Shown one piece after another: positions 45,798 through 52,389 of a stretch of DNA of 52,389 bases (within the stretch, counting starts at the first letter, position 1; each line of letters begins with the position of its first letter). Source of the stretch: Thermodesulfobacteriota bacterium. Its GTDB lineage: Bacteria > Desulfobacterota > Desulfobacteria > Desulfobacterales > SURF-7. Both the position numbers and the translations under genes were made by a program. Under the pieces are notes generated by a model. The model saw nothing but the letters and a program-made list of their open reading frames with translations. It was not told the DNA's origin and did not search any database. The stretch is from positions 1-52,389 of the forward strand of contig JBMORA010000057.1 of NCBI GenBank assembly GCA_049320885.1, given 5' to 3'.

Positions 45798-47513
45798 TCA
45801 TAAATACCCTTTTTGCCCCAGATACAGGAGTATTTCCTGGGCCGCCTCGTCGGGCGTCAAATCCGTTGTATTGATCCGAACTTCCGGACTGGCCGGTATT
45901 TCGTAGGGGTCATCCACGCCGGTAAACCCCCTGATCAGACCCGCCCGGGCCTTGGCATACATGCCTTTTCGATCGCGTTTTTCGCATTCCTCGATCGGTG
46001 TCGCCACATGGACCTCGATAAATCCACCATAACTCTCTATATTTTTGCGGATTTCAGAACGCGTGGCTGAATAGGGGGCGATGGGCGCGCAAATGGCAAT
46101 CCCGCGATTCTTGGTGATCTCGCTGGCCACAAAACCGATCCTGCGAACATTGATATCCCGATGTTCCTTGGAAAAGGACAACTCGCTGGACAGGTTGTGC
46201 CGGACAATATCCCCGTCCAAAAGGGTCACCGGCCGTTCACCGATCTCCAGAAAGCGGGAGTACAGCACTTTGGCAATGGTCGATTTCCCGGCACCGGAAA
46301 GACCGGTCAGGAAAACGGTGAAGCCCTGCCTGCCGGGAGGCGGGTAGGACTTGCGGAGTTCGTCCACCACATCGCTGAAAGCGGCCCAATCCGGGATGCT
46401 CCGTCCCGACCGGATTCTGTCCCAGATATCCCCTCCGGTCATGGATATCGTTTTTGTTCCCTCGGGCACCTGGTCGACAAAACGGTACTCGTCCTCAAAA
46501 GGCAGATATACCATCTCCTTGAGGGACAGAATTTCGACCCCCAGTTCCCTGGAAAAACCGTCGGCCATTTCGCCGGCGGCATTGCGGTCGTAGTACTCCG
46601 GGGCCACGGCTCCCGATTCGGGACTGGCATGGTCATGTCCGATGATGAAATGCGTGCAGCCGAAATTTTTCCCGACAATGGCATGCAGCAAGGCATCCCT
46701 GGGTCCGGCCATTCGCACGGCCAGTGGCAACAGGCTCAGGACATAACTGTCCGGGGGATAATGCTGAACGACCTTGCGGTAACAGCGCACCCGAATGTAA
46801 TGATCGAAATCTCCGGGCTTGGTCAGACCGGCCACCGGCAGAATCAAGAGGTTGGCGCCGGCCCTGCGCATGGCGCGGATGGTCATTTCAAATTGGGGGC
46901 GATGAATCGGCTGGCTGGTCTGAAAACCCACCATCCGTTGCCAGCATAATTTCTTGACGATGTTCCTGACTTCCAAGGGAGACAGCCGGATCTGCTTGAA
47001 ATCGAAATGCAGAGGGAGACTGATAACCTCAAGGCCGCCACCGATATAAAAATCCCCCACAGTGGTCAATAGATACCGAACGCCGGGATGCCGCTGATCG
47101 GTGGTGCCGAAAACCGCAGAGGCTTCTTTTTGCCGATCCACCGGCCAGATATCGTCGATATGCATGACCGCCAACAGGAAACCCTCCGGATCCCTGATGG
47201 CGACCGATTGACCTGCTTCCAGACTGCGCGCCTTGGTTGCGGTAATATCCAGACAAATGGGTATGGGCCAGAGCAATCCGTTCTGGAGCCGCATGCGGTC
47301 CAATACCGATTCGTACTCCGTCCGGGTCAGAAACCCCTTCAGGGGTGAAAAGGCTCCGGAAGCGATCAATTCGAAATCACAAAGCTGCCGTTCGTTCAGA
47401 ATGACATCCGGCAAACTCATGGCCACTTCTTTCAGAACCAGGGCCCGCTTGTCATCGGTCAGCAATTGCACCAACGAACCGCCATGGGGCTCAACCGCCG
47501 TATGCACGTTCAT
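45798..47513 (-). CDS. cysC: Sulfate adenylyltransferase-like / adenylyl-sulfate kinase fusion (sulfurylase site degenerate)
   Basis: PHGG, GAFSPLKGFL, WPIPI N-terminal Sat fold; C-terminal APS kinase TGLSGAGKST, LDGD, CAPIAPY, RDRKGMY, FTGVDDPYE. Start ATG 47513 preferred. Confidence 0.9.
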   Translation of the reverse strand: MNVHTAVEPHGGSLVQLLTDDKRALVLKEVAMSLPDVILNERQLCDFELIASGAFSPLKGFLTRTEYESVLDRMRLQNGLLWPIPICLDITATKARSLEAGQSVAIRDPEGFLLAVMHIDDIWPVDRQKEASAVFGTTDQRHPGVRYLLTTVGDFYIGGGLEVISLPLHFDFKQIRLSPLEVRNIVKKLCWQRMVGFQTSQPIHRPQFEMTIRAMRRAGANLLILPVAGLTKPGDFDHYIRVRCYRKVVQHYPPDSYVLSLLPLAVRMAGPRDALLHAIVGKNFGCTHFIIGHDHASPESGAVAPEYYDRNAAGEMADGFSRELGVEILSLKEMVYLPFEDEYRFVDQVPEGTKTISMTGGDIWDRIRSGRSIPDWAAFSDVVDELRKSYPPPGRQGFTVFLTGLSGAGKSTIAKVLYSRFLEIGERPVTLLDGDIVRHNLSSELSFSKEHRDINVRRIGFVASEITKNRGIAICAPIAPYSATRSEIRKNIESYGGFIEVHVATPIEECEKRDRKGMYAKARAGLIRGFTGVDDPYEIPASPEVRINTTDLTPDEAAQEILLYLGQKGYL

Positions 47514-47556
47514 CGAATCACCCTGTATGGATTGTCGCTCATTTATTGGCGGCTCG

Positions 47557-49440
47557 TCAGGCATTCAGCGGCACACTGACGATAAACGTGGTGCCCTTGC
47601 CGGGGCTGCTTTGACATTCGATTTGTCCGCCCAATGTTCTTGTAACTAGATTATAGACGATGTTCAATCCCAGGCCGGTCCCTCCCTGCCCCCGCCGCGT
47701 GGTAAAAAACGGATCGAAAATTTTATTCAACGTCTGGGCATCCATCCCTATCCCGTTGTCCTGATGAATCAGATACAGGAAGGAACCTTCCAGACGGATA
47801 TCAATTTTGATTTCACCGGCTTCCATGCCTTCAAGACCATGGGTAAGGGAATTCATCAACAGGTTGGTGATCACCTGGGAAAAGACACCCGGATAGCTGT
47901 CGATTTCAATTTCATCCGGACAATTCACCGTTATCGTATGGGGTGTGCGCTTGTATTTGGGGCGCAGGCTGATGAACAGCTCATCGATATATTCCTTCAG
48001 CTTGAATTTCCGGCGCGCTTCGCCGGACTGGTCCACGGCGACCTGCTTGAAACTGCGGATCAAATCAGCCGCCCGGTTCAGATTGTTCAGGATAATCGTC
48101 GATGCTTCCGAGGCGATATTCATGTATTTGCGGACATCGGACTTGGTCATTTCGTTGACCGACAGTCGTTTGGCGTATTCCTTGGTTTTTTCTTCCAAGA
48201 ACGAGGACGCGGTGACACCGACCCCGACAGGCGTATTGATTTCATGGGCGATACCGGCGACCAAGCTGCCCAGGGAGGCCATTTTTTCCGATTGAATCAG
48301 CTGATACTGGGTCTGCTTCAGAATTTTCAGGGATTCCTGCAAGGCCCGGTTGGCGTCTTCGGCCACTTCCTTGGCCTTGCGCAGTTCCTTTTCGTTCTCT
48401 TTCTGCTCCGTGATGTCCCTGGCGATGCTGACGATTCGTATTTTCCGTTCATCCTCGTCCCGCAACAAGGTCATGGTCATCATGGACACAAAAACGGTTC
48501 CATCCTTGCGCATATGCCCTACTTCACCGCTGTTGGCCCCCATGGTCTTCACCGTATCGATGAAGGGATACAACTCCTTTTCCACCTGGTCGCGGCTGTG
48601 ACAAACGGTTATGTTCCCGCCGATCAGTTCCTGGGGTTCGTAGCCGTGCATGGAAGCCCAGGCACTGTTCACGAACTGAATCCGCCCGCTCATGTCGGAA
48701 ACCGAAATGCCATCGCCCGATTGCTCGACGGCGCTTTCCAGCATGAAGGTCTTTTCCAGGGGCCGGCTGATGGAACGGGTTACGATCAGAATAATCAGAC
48801 TGACGGCGCTGATGACCACCACAAAAAAAACAATCAGGCTCAAATAGCGCTGCCGTAAGGTCAGACTGCCGATATCCGCCAGTTCCTTCTTCAGTTCATC
48901 GGAAAAATCCGCCGACAGGGCATCCAACTCCTTGCCCAGGTATTCGGTTTTTTTGGCCAAGGCAAATGCTTGGTTTTCCAACTTTTCTCTTTCACGAAAG
49001 ACATCCTCGGCCTCGATCTCGGCCACATAATCCAGAAAAGCGCTGAGCCGCGAATATACCGGCCAGGCAGCTGTATTGAATTCCTTCAAGTCCTGTTCAA
49101 GCTTTCGAACCCGCTCCTTTTTCGGCGAATCGATATCCCGCAGTCCGAGGATGATCTGCAACGCCCTGCTGACTTCACCCGCTTTGACTTCAGCGGATTC
49201 AATAAACGCCATTTCACCCAGCAATATGCCGTCGTTGAAATTTTTGATCTGCTCTTTAAAGGCCATCTGAGCCAACTGGCTCTGTTTTGCGGCGGTGAAC
49301 AGCGATTCGGAAACAATGTGGAGACGGAATTCGGCCTTTTCACCCAGAATGAAACCAAACAGCATGGAGATGAAATATCCGATGACCAGAATACTCAGGC
49401 TCAGCCAGATTTTGGTGGATATTTTCAGCTTTCGGTACAT
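47557..49440 (-). CDS. Membrane PAS-domain sensor histidine kinase
   Basis: Two TM segments around a helical periplasmic domain; PAS (FVN.AW..MHGY...ELIG...RKDG...RDITE); EKMASLG.LVAGIAHEINTP H-box; DNGIG, FDPFFTT, GTGLGL. Confidence 0.93.
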   Translation of the reverse strand: MYRKLKISTKIWLSLSILVIGYFISMLFGFILGEKAEFRLHIVSESLFTAAKQSQLAQMAFKEQIKNFNDGILLGEMAFIESAEVKAGEVSRALQIILGLRDIDSPKKERVRKLEQDLKEFNTAAWPVYSRLSAFLDYVAEIEAEDVFREREKLENQAFALAKKTEYLGKELDALSADFSDELKKELADIGSLTLRQRYLSLIVFFVVVISAVSLIILIVTRSISRPLEKTFMLESAVEQSGDGISVSDMSGRIQFVNSAWASMHGYEPQELIGGNITVCHSRDQVEKELYPFIDTVKTMGANSGEVGHMRKDGTVFVSMMTMTLLRDEDERKIRIVSIARDITEQKENEKELRKAKEVAEDANRALQESLKILKQTQYQLIQSEKMASLGSLVAGIAHEINTPVGVGVTASSFLEEKTKEYAKRLSVNEMTKSDVRKYMNIASEASTIILNNLNRAADLIRSFKQVAVDQSGEARRKFKLKEYIDELFISLRPKYKRTPHTITVNCPDEIEIDSYPGVFSQVITNLLMNSLTHGLEGMEAGEIKIDIRLEGSFLYLIHQDNGIGMDAQTLNKIFDPFFTTRRGQGGTGLGLNIVYNLVTRTLGGQIECQSSPGKGTTFIVSVPLNA

Positions 49441-49480
49441 TTGAATTCCACGGCTTGATGTGAGAGGCGCCTGTTACTGA

Positions 49481-51541
49481 TCATGATGCCGGTTTCAATA
49501 CCCATTTTTCAATCACCTCGAACACCATTTCTCTTTTGATCGGCTTCGCGATGTAGTCGTTCATACCGATTTCGAGGCATTTGCTCCGGTCTTCCTTCAT
49601 GGCGTTTGCCGTAACGGCGATAATCGGTATCGGCCCTGAATCGGATGGGCCGGCCGGCCGGCTTTTTTCCCACTGCCGGATTTCCCTGGTGGCGGTGATT
49701 CCATCCATTTTGGGCATCTGGATGTCCATTAAAATGATGTCAAAATTCCCTGGATGCTGGGTGAAATGCCCCAGCGCCTCCATTCCGTTCTGGGCGATGG
49801 TCACCTGATAACCGGCTTTTTCGAGCATCACCTTCACCAGATGCTGGTTCACCGGATTGTCTTCCGCAACGAGGATCCGGACGGATCGTTTCAGGTCCTC
49901 CCGGATGGAATATTGGGTCATGATCTGTCGGTCAACCGGCGCTTCCTCCGCAGCCGCCTGCTCGCCGATCAGTCGTTGAATCATCTGATAGAGCCGCGGC
50001 CTTCGAATGGGCTTGGAAATGAATCCATCGAATCCGGCGCTCTCGCATTCCTTGGCGCAACCCGGCAGGGGAGACGCCATGGCCAACAGCGCCATGCGGG
50101 AAATGGGCAGGGGCTGGCGCCGGATATCCCGGACCAGGTCAAAAGCGTCCGCACCGAGCATGTGGGTGTCGATAATGCATATATCGAAGGGCTTTAAATC
50201 CTTGTCGTCCTTTTGCAGGGCCGGTATCACATCTGCGGCCCGGGTTTTGGCCACCACGCTCATTCCCCTGGCGGTCAGTGCCTGTTTTAAAATATTCAAA
50301 TTGGTGAAATTCGCGCCGACGATCAGAACCCGTTTCCCTTTCAGCTCCACCATGCTGGAAGGTTTGACACCGTTTTTTTCCACCTTTCGCATAATAACGG
50401 TGAAAGAAAAGGAACTGCCCCTGCCGGGTTCACTTTCCACCCAGATCTCTCCCCCCATCAGGGCGACAATTTTGCGACAGATGGAAAGCCCGAGTCCGGT
50501 GCCCCCGTATTCCCTGGCAGTGGAGCCGATGGCCTGCTGGAACGGTTCGAAAATCAGGTCGAGTTTGTGGGAAGCAATGCCGATTCCCGTATCACTCACG
50601 GTGGTGATCAGTTTCACCTGTTCCCCCTCTTCCTCCTCCACATCGAGCCGCAATTCGATGGTGCCGTATTCGGTGAATTTCGTGGCATTGCTCATCAGGT
50701 TCAACAAGACCTGGCGGAAGCGGAAAGGATCACCGCAGATTTTGGCCGGGACGCCGTCACCGATGGTGCATCTGATCTCAACCGGCTTGTCATGAATCCG
50801 CGGCCGGATCAGGTCACAAACGTCGTAACATAGAACTTCCGGATCGAAATCGATATTTTCCAGATTCATTTTACCGGCTTCGATCTTGGAGGCGTCCAGC
50901 ACGTCATTGATCAAGGCCAGCAGGGCCTCGCTGCTCACTTTGATGGTCTTGATATAATCACGCTGCTCCCGGTCGAGATCGGTATCGATCAAAATGTCGG
51001 TGAAACCGATAATGGCGTTGAGAGGGGTTCTGATTTCATGGGAAATGCTGGCCAGAAATTCGGTTTTCGCCAGCGATGCCATCTCCGCCTTATGCGCCAT
51101 CTTTTTCGCCTGATCGATCATCGCGGCCAGTTCCTGATTGACGCTTTTCAGCTCCTGCATGATCCGCTTTTCGCGATCAACGCGCTCGATCCTGGCGAGC
51201 AGTTCGACCATGTCGAACGGTTTGCTCATGTAATCCGAGGCGCCGGCGTTAATGATATCACCGTATGTGTATACCGACGAGAAGCCGGTCATCATGATAA
51301 AATCCAAGTCGGGATGATCCGCCTTGGCGGCGCGCATCAATTCAACACCGTCCATGGCGGGCATCTGAACGTCCGAGATGACAAGATCAACCGATTCTTC
51401 CCGGAGTTGTCGCAGGGCGGTTTCGGCATCCGGCGCCGTGCGGCAGTCATAACCCTTCTGCTTCAGAATGGTTCTCACCGCCAGACGAAATTGCTCATCA
51501 TCGTCCACGACTAGAATTTTTTTCATCACACCGTTTTCCAT
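49481..51541 (-). CDS. Cytoplasmic hybrid histidine kinase (REC-HisKA-HATPase-REC-REC)
   Basis: [51 protein letters not shown]; two C-terminal receiver domains (AEDN..MDIQMP..KP). Confidence 0.93.
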   Translation of the reverse strand: MENGVMKKILVVDDDEQFRLAVRTILKQKGYDCRTAPDAETALRQLREESVDLVISDVQMPAMDGVELMRAAKADHPDLDFIMMTGFSSVYTYGDIINAGASDYMSKPFDMVELLARIERVDREKRIMQELKSVNQELAAMIDQAKKMAHKAEMASLAKTEFLASISHEIRTPLNAIIGFTDILIDTDLDREQRDYIKTIKVSSEALLALINDVLDASKIEAGKMNLENIDFDPEVLCYDVCDLIRPRIHDKPVEIRCTIGDGVPAKICGDPFRFRQVLLNLMSNATKFTEYGTIELRLDVEEEEGEQVKLITTVSDTGIGIASHKLDLIFEPFQQAIGSTAREYGGTGLGLSICRKIVALMGGEIWVESEPGRGSSFSFTVIMRKVEKNGVKPSSMVELKGKRVLIVGANFTNLNILKQALTARGMSVVAKTRAADVIPALQKDDKDLKPFDICIIDTHMLGADAFDLVRDIRRQPLPISRMALLAMASPLPGCAKECESAGFDGFISKPIRRPRLYQMIQRLIGEQAAAEEAPVDRQIMTQYSIREDLKRSVRILVAEDNPVNQHLVKVMLEKAGYQVTIAQNGMEALGHFTQHPGNFDIILMDIQMPKMDGITATREIRQWEKSRPAGPSDSGPIPIIAVTANAMKEDRSKCLEIGMNDYIAKPIKREMVFEVIEKWVLKPAS

Positions 51542-51639
51542 ATCGGCAGAAATCCGGGCCCCATGCTTTCCCGACGCGGCAAAGGCAGGGCGTAACCATC
51601 CACATTACGAAGCAAGACGGTGTCATATCTGAATCGGGA

Positions 51640-52203
51640 TTATTTTTTCACACGCTCCACATATTCTCTCGTACGGGTGTCGATCCGAAGAATTTCCCCC
51701 TCCTCGATAAACGGAGGCACCTGAAGGGTATACCCGGTTTCCAGGGTCGCCGGTTTGGTGCTGCCGGAAGCCGTATCCCCCTTCACCCATGGATCCGACT
51801 GAATGACCTTCAGCTCGATGAAATTGGGCAGGGACAATCCGATGGCTCTGCCGTCAAAAAACAGAATCTGGCAGATGGTATTCTCCTTGAGCAAGTCCTT
51901 GGCGTCCCCCACCTGTTCCGCATTGAGAAATTCCTGACCGTAGGTGGATGTATTCATGAAGCAATAGCTTTCACCGTCCGAATACAGGTATTCCATTTCA
52001 TGCTCTTCGAGCTTGGCCTCATTGAACTTATCCCCGGAACGAAACGTGCGGTCGAACTGGGACCCGGTGACCATGTTCTTCAGTTTACATTTATAAAGCG
52101 CCTGACCTTTTCCAGGTTTCACGAACTGGAATTGGGTGACCACATACGGCTCGTTATCGATTTCGATCTTAAGCCCTTTCTTTAAATCCGCGCACTCATA
52201 CAT
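51640..52203 (-). CDS. efp: Elongation factor P (Lys-type loop)
   Basis: VKPGKGQA, YLYSDG, KGDTASG..KPATLETG...VPPFI..GE...IDTR..EYVER; AGGAGG RBS. Confidence 0.97.
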   Translation of the reverse strand: MYECADLKKGLKIEIDNEPYVVTQFQFVKPGKGQALYKCKLKNMVTGSQFDRTFRSGDKFNEAKLEEHEMEYLYSDGESYCFMNTSTYGQEFLNAEQVGDAKDLLKENTICQILFFDGRAIGLSLPNFIELKVIQSDPWVKGDTASGSTKPATLETGYTLQVPPFIEEGEILRIDTRTREYVERVKK

Positions 52204-52389
52204 AAAACCGGTTTCCTCCTTATGGTGATGTCACTGTTTGGGTTTGGGGAGAAAAAAAATAGACACATACATCATATCATATCCATGACCCGCAATCCAT
52301 TTGAAAAATTCCCCGGGCGGCGTTATCCGGATTCTTTCCCGGCTTGTCGCACCGCCTTCACAAACTGGGATACCTTTTTAAGATCTTTT

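Overview
Bacterial chromosomal window; the protein and riboswitch styles suggest Desulfobacterota (deltaproteobacterial), which is an inference. It has three parts. (1) 145-27717 (+) is a co-directional glycan synthesis and transfer cluster. It encodes GT2/GT4 glycosyltransferases, O-acetyltransferases, a methyltransferase, a sulfotransferase-like protein and a polyprenol-phosphate glycosyltransferase/DUF2304 pair. It ends with four tandem TMTC-like membrane glycosyltransferase-TPR genes and a membrane/spermidine-synthase-like TPR protein. (2) 27850-44667 (+) is a Fil/Fap-like secreted-filament locus. It encodes five signal-peptide proteins sharing a double-glycine-leader-like N-terminal motif (FilA/DUF6160-like), a ~2190-aa HAF/FN3/choice-of-anchor-U surface protein and a secreted C39 peptidase. 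It also encodes a SPOR + beta-barrel transporter with 8 internal copies of the same leader-like motif, and a FadL/FilD-like barrel. Candidate regulatory elements are five c-di-GMP-I riboswitch aptamers (one single, four in tandem) and a 13-bp palindrome found in four intergenic regions. (3) 44735-52203 (-) encodes galE, a Sat-CysC fusion with a degenerate sulfurylase site, two histidine kinases and efp. Best candidate for an undescribed system: a c-di-GMP-riboswitch-controlled, C39-processed, possibly glycosylated extracellular filament/adhesin apparatus. All family calls come from motif recognition by eye; no searches were run.
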